From positions 1 through 64,000 of the IMG/VR virus record IMGVR_UViG_3300025154_000064: a stretch of 64,000 nucleotides of DNA; one strand, written 5' to 3'. Positions 8,385-17,899 of the stretch are shown here, piece by piece. The DNA is from a virus. Both the position numbers and the translations under genes were made by a program. The notes beneath the pieces are model-generated. The model made no database searches. It was given only the letters and a program-made list of their open reading frames with translations, and was not told the DNA's origin. Positions within the stretch are counted from its first letter, which is position 1; each line of letters opens with the position of its first letter.

Positions 8385-8795
8385 ATGATGATTGAGGAAA
8401 GTCTTGAAAAATTGCCAGCGACACAGCCTTCGCGCAGCTGTACGATCATCCGCTATAATTACGAACAGATCGAGAGAGACGGTGTGCAGTTGTGGCAAAC
8501 AAACTCGGTATTCTTGTTCTCTGACACAGATATTAAAAAAGTTCCTATCGGCATTGTTGGAGAAATTAACCTGTCAAATCAATCGCTATCGGAGGCGGAA
8601 ATTGACGCCATATTGAGATATTTTTACAGTTACCGGGACCAGTTCCGCACCCCCTATCCGATGATCAATATCGGCGGGAGTAACGCTTCGCCGTCTGGGG
8701 ATTACCGGGAAGCCATCCAGCCGACAACCGGCAAGGAGCTGGCGTATTCATTGGTCAATCAGCACGGATGGACAATTATTTTTACGGAGGGATAG
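8385..8795 (+). CDS. Hypothetical fibre-associated protein
   Basis: AAGGAG RBS; follows the fibre gene. Confidence 0.6.
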   Translation: MMIEESLEKLPATQPSRSCTIIRYNYEQIERDGVQLWQTNSVFLFSDTDIKKVPIGIVGEINLSNQSLSEAEIDAILRYFYSYRDQFRTPYPMINIGGSNASPSGDYREAIQPTTGKELAYSLVNQHGWTIIFTEG

Positions 8796-8797
8796 AG

Positions 8798-9013
8798 ATG
8801 CCAAAACAGATACAAATTATAGGCGGAGAACTGAGAGAGCTGGATGTTGACGAAAAAAGCGTTGTTGCTATCCCTCCTGGGACAGAGATCATTTTCGAAG
8901 ACACACTGGCGTCATTTGCTAAGACCGCCGGGGGAACCTCTAAAAAGTTAGTAGACGATCTGGTTGTCGAAAAAGAATTGTCTGACAAGAGATCAGCATC
9001 AAAAGGGAAATAA
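8798..9013 (+). CDS. Hypothetical protein
   Basis: GGAGG RBS before ATG (MPKQIQ...). Confidence 0.55.
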   Translation: MPKQIQIIGGELRELDVDEKSVVAIPPGTEIIFEDTLASFAKTAGGTSKKLVDDLVVEKELSDKRSASKGK

Positions 9014-9267
9014 AGCTCACAAGCCCGAAGGATAAAAGTTGGCGGTTGGTGCATGATGGTAAAACAGTCCTGATGCTGTTCGAGTCAGATGGCGAAACCC
9101 AAACAGCCTACGAGCTATTCTGTGGGACGCTTGAGGAGTGCCAGAAGGAGATTGATAGGCTTGGTCTTAAAAAATAGTTTCAGCGGCTCTATCATGGGTT
9201 GCCGCTGATCGGCGCCCGGACGTTTTTGAAATAGGAAGCTTAGACGGTTGTATAAAGGAGTGAAGAA

Positions 9268-9369
9268 ATGACACCAGAAGAAAAGATACTGATTCAAAAC
9301 GAGCTTTCCAGGTTTCCCGGCGCTGGAAACGATGTAATTGGACTACTTAAGAGCGTGGAAGGCCGATGA
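9268..9369 (+). CDS. 33-aa small ORF not in the ORF track
   Basis: AAGGAG RBS; MTPEEKILIQ...VEGR*; ATGA overlap with 9366. Confidence 0.4.
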   Translation: MTPEEKILIQNELSRFPGAGNDVIGLLKSVEGR

Positions 9370-12368
9370 TACGAGCCCCATTTAAATTCCACTGCGCTTG
9401 GTCATGGCATAGTAGGCCCTCCGCAGTTAGATATGTCGGCACAAAAGACCAAACCTACTGGACCGCCATTAGTACAAACGGCTATCTATATCTGTTTTCG
9501 TACAACCACGCCACCGGAGAGGAGCAGTATAAAGCGCTTGGGAATCCAGGCGCAGATGATCACAATAACGGCTCTATCCATATATGCTCCGATGGGAAAA
9601 TACTGGTTGCGTGGGCCGGGCACAACAGCGCGTCAATATTCTACAGAAAAACAGCAAACGCGGAGGATATCACATCCCTTGGAACAGCGTATTCCGTCTC
9701 GACAAAAGGCACTTACTCCTATGCTCAACTCGTCAATCTGTCGAGTGAGGGAATGCTTTTACTTTTTACCCGTAGACCTTGGATATCTTCAGATGGTGGC
9801 AGTGGAAGCGGCGTAACCACCACAGAACGGGTATGGGATATTTTGATATCAACGGATGACGGCGGGTCTTTCGCTCATCATTCGGTTCCGCTGTGGTTTG
9901 ATGAGGACGGGTCAGTGGCATCGCCCTATACAGAGGTATGGGGCAACGGCGTGGATGAGATATATTTTGCCCGATCTAACGCGTTAACAGCATTCGTGGA
10001 CCGGAAAGATATCCTTTTTGCAAAATACGTTTCAGGGGCGGAAGGAACTGCGGGGTCTTTTTACAAGGCGGATGATACAAAAATATGTGACTGGGCGGAT
10101 CTTCCAATTATGGCGAGTGCGGATCTTGAGCTTGTTTGGGATTCGTCTGCCGAGGGTGATGAGAAGACGTATGCAAAGGATATCATTGTTGATGCCACAA
10201 CAGGCGATATCGCTATAGCTTTTACGACCATGAGCTCCGGTGAAGTAAACACATACCGCTATGCCAGATGGACAGGAGCAGCATGGAATAAAAACGCAAT
10301 CGTTGAGGCTGGATACGACTTCTGCGAAGTGACAGCACAACCCTCATACGAGGGGGGCATTGTTATAAACCCAGCGGATATCGATGAGGTCGTAATCAGC
10401 CGGGAAACCTCCACTGGCTCAGGGCATTGGGAGATAGAACGGTATGCGACGGCAAACGATGGCGACACCTGGACAAAAACAGAGGATATCACTTCAGCTG
10501 ATACTTTATTGCCGGATAAGGTTGTCAGGCCCCTCATACCGATAAACTTCTCGTCGGAACTGCCCGTATTGTGGATGGGCGGGGGATACGCAGATTTTGA
10601 CGATTACGAAACGTTTATATATACCGTAATTCCGACCAAGGCACCGGAGAATTTCAACAGGGACGCAAATTGCGTTGCATATTATGCATTTGAGTCAGGT
10701 GTTTTAACAAAAGATTCAGTTGGTTTTAACACTCTAACTGATAACGGCACCGTAAATGAAAGCACGGGAGCTGGAGATTTTAAAGAGGGTTCATGCTCAG
10801 CTTCATGCGTGGCTGCTCAAACAGAATATTTTTCTATTGCAGATGCTTCCCTTGATCCAGGGTTTCCGCTCAAGAACGGCGATGTGACAAAGCTTTTCAG
10901 TTTTTGTGGATGGGTGCGATTTACGTCACACGCGAACTATCGGACGGTTCTTGGTAAGTGGGGGGCGGTAGCTGGTACAAGGTCTCTGCTACTTAGGACT
11001 GATAGCGCTGGAACTCTTACGCTTTACACTGGTTATAGTAGCGGAGCGTCCACCCAATCGGTGCCGTTCGGTACCAATCTCGCAACGGGCGTATGGTATC
11101 ATATTGGGCTCACACTAAATGCGAATACTAACGCTTATCATTTACGCATATGGGATACTTCAGCAAATGACGGTGCCGGCGGGATTTTAGGAACTGATTT
11201 AGACGACGCATTTGCAAACGCAATCAATATAGAGGGCGCACCATTACAAATCGGTGCTCAGGACGGAACAAATACATTTAACGGCCTGTTTGACCAATTT
11301 GTTTTTTTTAATGATATCCTCACAACCGAGGATATAGACGCAATACGTGCCGATACGTATTTCCTGGGGGAGGGCGGGGAGACTGAATTCTGGAAAAGCC
11401 TTTCTGATTGGGCGGCTGGGATCGACTCAATCCCGGCGTTAACCAACTCTCTTTCAACGGGCGACACCGGCGCAGGCGAAGAAGCATTTTCAGGCGCGAA
11501 CGACTTTACGCTTTTGGAATCAGGCAGTGGCGTTGATTCAGCTGGCGCAACCATTGCGCTGACGGTCAGTGAGCAGGGTGTTGGCGCAGACGCGATCGCC
11601 CAGCTTATCTCTTCGATAGGTGTCCTGGATCAGGCGCTTGGCTCAGACGCCATCCCTATCTTGCTAAGTGCGCTATCTGTTCTTGAAAGTGGCATAGGCA
11701 CCGATGCTATTAGCACGCTAAAATACATCTTAAAGCAAGTCGCAGACAGTGCTATCGGAACTGATACGGTGTCAAGCGTGACGGCGGCGCTTGCGGTCTT
11801 AGATCAGGCAACTGGCGAAGATGCGATCGCAAGACTACTAAACGCTGTCGCTGTTCTGGACAGTGCGACAGGCTCAGATTTAATCGACGTCATATCAGAA
11901 AGTATTAAGTTGATTCAAGATAGTGGCACCGGGACCGATGCTTTGACAAGCTTGGCGGCAATGATAGCCATTGCAGAGCAGGCAAACGGCGCGGAAATCC
12001 TGTCAAGCTTGGCGGCGTTGACCGTTTTGGATCAAGCTACCGGCGCGGATGTTATAAGTGCGCTCAAGACCTATCTGGCTCAGGTGCACGACGGCGCCAC
12101 CGGCACTGACAGCACACCCTTGACGATCTCGGTATCAGTCCCAGTGTCCGACATAGGGGCAGGAGCAGAGCTGATAGCGCAAGTTATGGTGTCACTGTCT
12201 ATGTCTGATTTCTGTGATGCCAACGACGTCGCATTGAAGTTTATTCAGCTTCCGGATGGAGCATATTTGATAAAGTTCACCGTCAAGGCGAACACGACCC
12301 GCTTTGATGCAAAGGCTAAGTCTTGCCGCTTTGATGCAAAGGCGAAACCTTTTCGTTTTGACACTTAA
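9366..12368 (+). CDS. BNR/Asp-box beta-propeller + LamG domain + ~19-aa repeat stalk, virion fibre-like protein
   Basis: DDHNN, STDDGGSF and TANDGDTW Asp-boxes; LATGVWYHIGLT/FNGLFDQ LamG motifs; repeated D.A.G.D...L units. Confidence 0.75.
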   Translation: MIRAPFKFHCAWSWHSRPSAVRYVGTKDQTYWTAISTNGYLYLFSYNHATGEEQYKALGNPGADDHNNGSIHICSDGKILVAWAGHNSASIFYRKTANAEDITSLGTAYSVSTKGTYSYAQLVNLSSEGMLLLFTRRPWISSDGGSGSGVTTTERVWDILISTDDGGSFAHHSVPLWFDEDGSVASPYTEVWGNGVDEIYFARSNALTAFVDRKDILFAKYVSGAEGTAGSFYKADDTKICDWADLPIMASADLELVWDSSAEGDEKTYAKDIIVDATTGDIAIAFTTMSSGEVNTYRYARWTGAAWNKNAIVEAGYDFCEVTAQPSYEGGIVINPADIDEVVISRETSTGSGHWEIERYATANDGDTWTKTEDITSADTLLPDKVVRPLIPINFSSELPVLWMGGGYADFDDYETFIYTVIPTKAPENFNRDANCVAYYAFESGVLTKDSVGFNTLTDNGTVNESTGAGDFKEGSCSASCVAAQTEYFSIADASLDPGFPLKNGDVTKLFSFCGWVRFTSHANYRTVLGKWGAVAGTRSLLLRTDSAGTLTLYTGYSSGASTQSVPFGTNLATGVWYHIGLTLNANTNAYHLRIWDTSANDGAGGILGTDLDDAFANAINIEGAPLQIGAQDGTNTFNGLFDQFVFFNDILTTEDIDAIRADTYFLGEGGETEFWKSLSDWAAGIDSIPALTNSLSTGDTGAGEEAFSGANDFTLLESGSGVDSAGATIALTVSEQGVGADAIAQLISSIGVLDQALGSDAIPILLSALSVLESGIGTDAISTLKYILKQVADSAIGTDTVSSVTAALAVLDQATGEDAIARLLNAVAVLDSATGSDLIDVISESIKLIQDSGTGTDALTSLAAMIAIAEQANGAEILSSLAALTVLDQATGADVISALKTYLAQVHDGATGTDSTPLTISVSVPVSDIGAGAELIAQVMVSLSMSDFCDANDVALKFIQLPDGAYLIKFTVKANTTRFDAKAKSCRFDAKAKPFRFDT

Positions 12369-12392
12369 CAAGTAAAACTTACTGGAGGAAAA

Positions 12393-12875
12393 ATGCTTAA
12401 AGAAATTGGGAAACACATTACCAAGTGGACGATCACCAAGTTTGAAGACGAGGCGCACTTCGCGCAGGGCGACAGCTATGAAACGAGAGTGATCGAAGGA
12501 AACATTCTTCTTAACGAAGGCATCACTCTTATGCTGAACCTCTTGGCAGGCCTTGGTGGCACGGCCTACAACAACGCAAACGCTTATCTTGGGGTTGGTG
12601 AGAGTACAACGGCGGCAGCCGCATCGCAGACTGGTTTGTCTGGTGCGACCAAGACCTATAAGCCGATGGAAGCGACTTACCCGCAAGTGTCGGGGCAGAC
12701 GATAACCTTCCGCTCTGTCTTTGGTTCTACGGATGCAAATAACGTCTGGCAGGAATTTACGGTGGTCAACGCTTCCAGCGACACCGGCACGAATCTCAAC
12801 CGAAAAGTTGACAACCAGGGCACGAAAGTAGCTGGGCAGGTCTGGACACTCGACCTTGACATCACGTTCGCATAA
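12393..12875 (+). CDS. Conserved virion/fibre-base protein
   Basis: GGAGG RBS; NILLNEGI...YLGVG.STTAAAASQTGL...AN..WQE is a phage structural motif. Confidence 0.65.
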   Translation: MLKEIGKHITKWTITKFEDEAHFAQGDSYETRVIEGNILLNEGITLMLNLLAGLGGTAYNNANAYLGVGESTTAAAASQTGLSGATKTYKPMEATYPQVSGQTITFRSVFGSTDANNVWQEFTVVNASSDTGTNLNRKVDNQGTKVAGQVWTLDLDITFA

Positions 12876-12887
12876 TGAGGGGTGATT

Positions 12888-13235
12888 ATGGACTTCGATG
12901 GATCGGAAAAAATTGAAATCAGGGAAGGGTCTGACAACTGGGGACCATTTGTTTTCGGCTTATCGGGGTCCATTCCCTCTGGTGATACGATTGCCAGTGT
13001 AATAGTCAAGGCCTATGCCGGAACCTACAAGCCTGCCCAGGCGGTTGGAGATCAGACTGAAATTCCATTGATTGACGATGGGTTTGAGCCTGACATCGTA
13101 GACGACACAGACATTTCGATACGGCTCAAATATCCCGGCGACGACTATAAGGGGAAAACGACAATCGTGTTTGATGTCACACTCGAAGGCACAGGTAAAT
13201 ACCAGTTCTTTTGCCATCGTGTGAAAGTGGTTTAA
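12888..13235 (+). CDS. Fibre-adaptor-like structural protein
   Basis: GAGGGG RBS; beta-rich; GDTIASV motif. Confidence 0.5.
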   Translation: MDFDGSEKIEIREGSDNWGPFVFGLSGSIPSGDTIASVIVKAYAGTYKPAQAVGDQTEIPLIDDGFEPDIVDDTDISIRLKYPGDDYKGKTTIVFDVTLEGTGKYQFFCHRVKVV

Positions 13236-13237
13236 TA

Positions 13238-15175
13238 ATGCAAAAAATCAACTGGTCGAAATACCGCGGCGACGGTAACAAGTGCATCGAGTTTGCAGAG
13301 GATAATGTGTGGGTGTCGGTTTACCCGCCAGGCAAAGAGATGTCGGCGCTTGTCCCTATAGGCGCGGCCAAGTGGTCGAAGGATGTAATGTGTCTGGGTA
13401 CCGGTATGTCCTATTACGATATATGGACAAGGCCGCATCCGGGCACTGGCCGGTCTTACCAGACAATGTGGGAAGAGCAGAAGAAGATCCTTCGAGAGGC
13501 GTTGGCCCTTGGCGACGATGGATTGTTCATGTACTGCCTGATTGTTTTTTGTTGGCCGCGTGGGGACGGGAAATCGTTCAATGCGGTTCTGATTCAGCTT
13601 TGGAAGTTTTGTTGCTGGCCGAGTCAGGACATAAGGTTTTGCGCGAACAGTAAGGACCAGACAGGCCATGCTCATTATACCGAACTTAAAAAAATGATCC
13701 TCAACTCGCCGAACATTCTTGCCTATGTTGGAAGGAAAAACGTGCAAGAGCACGGGACACGGTTAAAGAATAAGCGTGGCGTTGTTGTCAGTAAGATGGA
13801 GGTTATTTCAACGGCGTCAGGCCTTTTCTCAAACATTACCGGGTATGCGTTCTCGGAATTTTTTGAAATGAAGAACGAGGACTTCTTTGCAAAACTTGAC
13901 ATGAGCATGAGAAACACGCCGAACGCCTTTGGTATTATAGACACAACGGTTAGCTCTAAGGCACATGTTCTGCACAGGCTTTACAGATCGTTTATCGAGA
14001 AGACCGATAGCAAGCTTTATTTTTCATACCGAAGCAGCGCAACAGGACACTATACTGACTATATCCATCCGAAGAACTCTGCCGCGCAGCTGGCATCATA
14101 CAAGGTAAAGCATGCGCTGAACTTTGGCCGGTTTTTTTTGAATTTATGGTCTTCCGGATCGGAGCGGATCTTTTCAGAGGACCAGGTGGACGCCATCAAT
14201 TTTATTGGCGCAGACGCTCAAGTGCTGAACCATTACCGGGTTATCGAGCTTATTCAGGAAACCAATAAGATTATCGATTCAGATAGAGAACTGGTAGAGG
14301 GCGGGTTGGAAAACGTCTATTCCCGTGATAAACAGCTTGGTGATATTGACGAGCACCTTTGGCCTGTAGAAGATGTCTATTCTTTCACAGGTACAAATAC
14401 CGGAAATGGCATGATGACAACCAGAATGGCGATGGACATCCTGGGTGAAATGTATGATACTGAGTGGTCGGTTCTGGTTGGCGTTGACCGTGCACAACCA
14501 ATGAAGTTGAGGACGAACGCCAAAACGATCATGACAACAGTTATCAAGGGCCTACCGGGGAGCCGGAGCAACCCGAGTGTTGGTGTCATCAATAAGAGAG
14601 TCGATCCGGGGGTTAACCGCGCCAGGCCAGAGGCCTATATTGATGGACCAAAGTATATCTATTTTTTGGTCCATATCGCAAATATATCAGACAACTCGAT
14701 GTCAGCAATTAAGGCAGAGCTGATGATCGTAGATGAAGAGTTTGATGGTATAGATACAATCGGTTCTGAGAAATGGGGGATGTTTGATCTTGAGGAATGG
14801 ACCTCAGAAATAATGCCGGCAACAAAGGTGAACCTTTACCAGCCGACATATGATAAGCAGATTGGAATGTTCACAGCGCTTCATGAGCTGATCGTTGATG
14901 GACGGTGGAAGGCGCCCAGGACTGGCATATCTGGGTCCAAGGGTGGTGACATTGTCATAGAGGAACTTGGGATGCTTGACCACGACCAGGAAAAGCGGTG
15001 GTTTGGTAGCCCAGAAAAAGACGCCAAGTATGGTGTCCAGGACGATTTTTGCTATTCTGCAGGATGGGGCCTGTATGGTGGCAAGTCCCTGACAGTTGAA
15101 AATTTCAGGCCGAGGCTCGGAAAGCAGTTTTGGGGCACTATGTTGTTGCCGGGAAACCTAATAGGGGAATATTGA
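13238..15175 (+). CDS. terL: Terminase large subunit
   Basis: Walker A PRGDGKS, ANSKDQ, deviant Walker B YAFSE, nuclease VGVD and QDD; upstream of the portal. Confidence 0.85.
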   Translation: MQKINWSKYRGDGNKCIEFAEDNVWVSVYPPGKEMSALVPIGAAKWSKDVMCLGTGMSYYDIWTRPHPGTGRSYQTMWEEQKKILREALALGDDGLFMYCLIVFCWPRGDGKSFNAVLIQLWKFCCWPSQDIRFCANSKDQTGHAHYTELKKMILNSPNILAYVGRKNVQEHGTRLKNKRGVVVSKMEVISTASGLFSNITGYAFSEFFEMKNEDFFAKLDMSMRNTPNAFGIIDTTVSSKAHVLHRLYRSFIEKTDSKLYFSYRSSATGHYTDYIHPKNSAAQLASYKVKHALNFGRFFLNLWSSGSERIFSEDQVDAINFIGADAQVLNHYRVIELIQETNKIIDSDRELVEGGLENVYSRDKQLGDIDEHLWPVEDVYSFTGTNTGNGMMTTRMAMDILGEMYDTEWSVLVGVDRAQPMKLRTNAKTIMTTVIKGLPGSRSNPSVGVINKRVDPGVNRARPEAYIDGPKYIYFLVHIANISDNSMSAIKAELMIVDEEFDGIDTIGSEKWGMFDLEEWTSEIMPATKVNLYQPTYDKQIGMFTALHELIVDGRWKAPRTGISGSKGGDIVIEELGMLDHDQEKRWFGSPEKDAKYGVQDDFCYSAGWGLYGGKSLTVENFRPRLGKQFWGTMLLPGNLIGEY

Positions 15176-15179
15176 CGCA

Positions 15180-15491
15180 ATGGATTATAACGAAATGAGT
15201 GCAAAGCAGATGGTTGAGACTATAGAGACCAGATTCGGTCGTGCCATTGGGAACCGTTTGTCAAGATTGGATCCGGAATGGGGGACATGGTCCAGGGAAA
15301 TGAATTTGGTGCTTAGAAAGAGGATAAATTGCGGTGACACAGTCTCGAAACTGATCTTTTTTTATTGGATTGAGCACAGTAAGCTTCTTGAGCTTCACCA
15401 TAAGAGCAAACTTCTGGCAAGAATCAAGCAGGGTAAGCACCTTAAGGCTATAAAGAACATCCGCAAGCTGCTATTGTCCCATAAAATCTAA
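15180..15491 (+). CDS. Hypothetical protein
   Basis: Fills the TerL-portal gap, RBS present. Confidence 0.55.
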   Translation: MDYNEMSAKQMVETIETRFGRAIGNRLSRLDPEWGTWSREMNLVLRKRINCGDTVSKLIFFYWIEHSKLLELHHKSKLLARIKQGKHLKAIKNIRKLLLSHKI

Positions 15492-15579
15492 AAATATCCA
15501 CCAAAAGAGATAAATTTGAATTGACAGAACAATAATTTTATGCCTTTATTGAAGAAAATTTCAATAAAGGTGTGAAATT

Positions 15580-17178
15580 ATGGATTTTACTGCAATTCAA
15601 GAAACCATCAATAACCTTCCAGACGAAGTCCTTTCCCACATATCCCTTTCGATGCCATGGCAGTCCGGTGTGTACCGTGACCAGAAGACCACTGATGCCG
15701 ATGGTTTTAGTGTTGGCATACCCGGCGAGAAGGATATGGATTCCTATTCGCACGCCGACCTTCAGAAAGAGTGCTGGGACAAATTCAATAAGAACCCGCA
15801 GGTCAGCACGGCCACCCGTGGCGTCGCAGGCCGGATCACCGGATACGGTTTTGAAGTAACCTCTGAGATCTGGGAGATCCAAGAGGTTCTTGAAGAAGTG
15901 GAATTCGATCCGCGGAACCGCCTTTATCACTTTTGGCCCAAGATGGTAACCCGGGCCTTTATCGAGGGTGAGCTTTATTTGATCTTGACGTGCCATAATG
16001 ACGGCTTTGTCGAGGTCGACTTCTTGGATCCGGCGCTATTGTCAACCAAGGGTGACAAGGGGTCAGGTATCATATTCCATCCGGATAAAAAACTCTTCCC
16101 ATTGTTTTATATCGTCGATGGCGAGGATGCAGCAGGCAATAGTGTTGAAGTGCAAATCCCGAGCATCAACATTGCCAGGTACCCAGACCTTGTTAAAGCT
16201 GTACGCTCGCACAACGATTTTAATTTAGAATACCAGAAGTCGGCGCTTGGCGGGAAGACAGTCCTCGGCGGATACAAACGCTTCGTGGTAGCATGGGAAC
16301 GTGGGTTTATGACCAGGCGGGCGATCAGCTACCTTCGAACGGTCATTGAATGGTTAAACCATTACGAAAACCTGAAGAAATTCGAAATTGACCACAAGAA
16401 ATCTTCCGGAGCCTATGCCTGGGCCATAACCTTTGAGGATCCCAAATCGTTCAAAACGTGGCTCAATCTTTCAGATGAAGAGAGAGCCAAGACGGCGCTT
16501 ATGGCTCCGCTCGAACCCGGTGCAAGACTCTTCCTCCCGCCCGGGTGCAAGATCGAGCCGAAGAACCCGAACCTGCCACGCATCTCTGAGTCCGACACTG
16601 ACATCCTTCAGATGGCCATATCGGGCTTAAACGAGCCGGCAGACGTCACCACAGGCACCTCAAGCGGGACGTATGCCAGTGTGAAGGCAAGCCGCGGACC
16701 GATGAGCGATCGGACAAGCGACGAGGTGGCCGACTTCGACCGGTTCTACCGGCACGACTTTTATTCAGCCATCTTCTTCTTGAAAAGCAAGATAGCCGCA
16801 TTCCCGGAATTTTTCACAGTTGAAGAGGCGGTGGCTTTTAAAAATCAAAAGCCGGTCTTCAAGAAGGTGAAGCGCAAACCTCAGTTCCTTATCGATGTCC
16901 AGTATCCGATATCAGACACCATTGATCTGGGTGCTCGGGTCGGTGCCATGCTGGGTGTCAAGCATGGGCCCTTGTCGGAAACGATCGGAATACCTCAGTC
17001 AAAAGCTGCAAGAATGATAGGCGTTGGTGCCTTTGGTGCAAACAGATTGCGTAAAGCGACTGAAGATAAAAAGTATCCAAAACTCGCCTACCTTGACGGT
17101 CTCGATCCGGAGGCCAAACAGGAAAAGGCGCTCGGCGAACCTAAAAACAAAGATGGTAACGATGACGATAAAGAGTGA
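15580..17178 (+). CDS. Portal protein
   Basis: 532 aa between TerL and the protease; AFIEGELY and SSGTYAS portal-like motifs. Confidence 0.8.
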   Translation: MDFTAIQETINNLPDEVLSHISLSMPWQSGVYRDQKTTDADGFSVGIPGEKDMDSYSHADLQKECWDKFNKNPQVSTATRGVAGRITGYGFEVTSEIWEIQEVLEEVEFDPRNRLYHFWPKMVTRAFIEGELYLILTCHNDGFVEVDFLDPALLSTKGDKGSGIIFHPDKKLFPLFYIVDGEDAAGNSVEVQIPSINIARYPDLVKAVRSHNDFNLEYQKSALGGKTVLGGYKRFVVAWERGFMTRRAISYLRTVIEWLNHYENLKKFEIDHKKSSGAYAWAITFEDPKSFKTWLNLSDEERAKTALMAPLEPGARLFLPPGCKIEPKNPNLPRISESDTDILQMAISGLNEPADVTTGTSSGTYASVKASRGPMSDRTSDEVADFDRFYRHDFYSAIFFLKSKIAAFPEFFTVEEAVAFKNQKPVFKKVKRKPQFLIDVQYPISDTIDLGARVGAMLGVKHGPLSETIGIPQSKAARMIGVGAFGANRLRKATEDKKYPKLAYLDGLDPEAKQEKALGEPKNKDGNDDDKE

Positions 17179-17422
17179 TCAAGACGACCTTTTGGTCCGG
17201 CTGGATGAACGCACGAAATACATTGTTTTCACCCTTGACGAACTTAAATCTCATGCCGACAACGGGGGCTGGTTGCGGTGCAGGGAGCGTGAAGGGCAGA
17301 TTAAGACGCTTGAAGAGAACCAGAAGTCGCACCGATTGGGGCACAGATGGTATGTCAATTTGGTAATTGGTCTGGGGATAACCGAAATATTGGCCTTGAT
17401 TTTTGCGAGGTGGAAACTTTGA
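17162..17422 (+). CDS. Coiled-coil protein with a C-terminal TM helix, holin-like
   Basis: LVRLDERT coiled coil; C-terminal hydrophobic helix. Confidence 0.55.
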   Translation: MTIKSDQDDLLVRLDERTKYIVFTLDELKSHADNGGWLRCREREGQIKTLEENQKSHRLGHRWYVNLVIGLGITEILALIFARWKL

Positions 17423-17721
17423 AGAAAGCAATCTTTTTGCTGGTGATGGCGGTCATCCTATCCGGGTGCGCCGTTAAGGTGATGTACCGAGTGACAGAGC
17501 AAGTCCCAGGAAAAGGTCTCCTCATCTCTCACGAAGTGAACTATGAGCGGCCGATCTTTGTCGGGCAGAGCATAGGCGAATTGTCGTTCACAAGGGATGT
17601 GATAGGTTCACCGACCATAAAACTGACGGGCCAGAAGTCAGAGGCGACGAATTTGGCAGAGAGCGCAGCAAGGGTGGCCGAGTCCGCCGCGGCCATAACA
17701 AAGACCGGATTTCAAAAATAA
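17419..17721 (+). CDS. Lipoprotein, spanin candidate
   Basis: GAGGTGG RBS before TTG; lipobox LSGC. Confidence 0.6.
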   Translation: MKKAIFLLVMAVILSGCAVKVMYRVTEQVPGKGLLISHEVNYERPIFVGQSIGELSFTRDVIGSPTIKLTGQKSEATNLAESAARVAESAAAITKTGFQK

Positions 17722-17729
17722 TTCAATTA

Positions 17730-17882
17730 AATTCAAAATTATTCTTGCAAAAGATAATTTTATCTTTTATATGTGAAAAATAATTTAGATGTGCTCTGGT
17801 TTGGCCACCAGGAGCACGGTTCCACCGGAGGGGATAAGACGGGTGTCCCGATCACACTCGTTTTTATCCCCTTCTTTTTTTT
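17730..17882 (+). promoter_or_regulatory. Head-operon promoter, operators and hairpin/terminator leader
   Basis: TTGCAA at 17745; operators at 17730 and 17751; hairpin 17791-17817; terminator-like stem 17828-17874 with a T tract. Confidence 0.6.
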
Positions 17883-17899
17883 AAAAAAAGGAATCAAAG

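Noticed and set aside
6941-9365. Complete DGR cassette
   Set aside because: No template repeat, Avd or RT (YxDD) ORF found in the window
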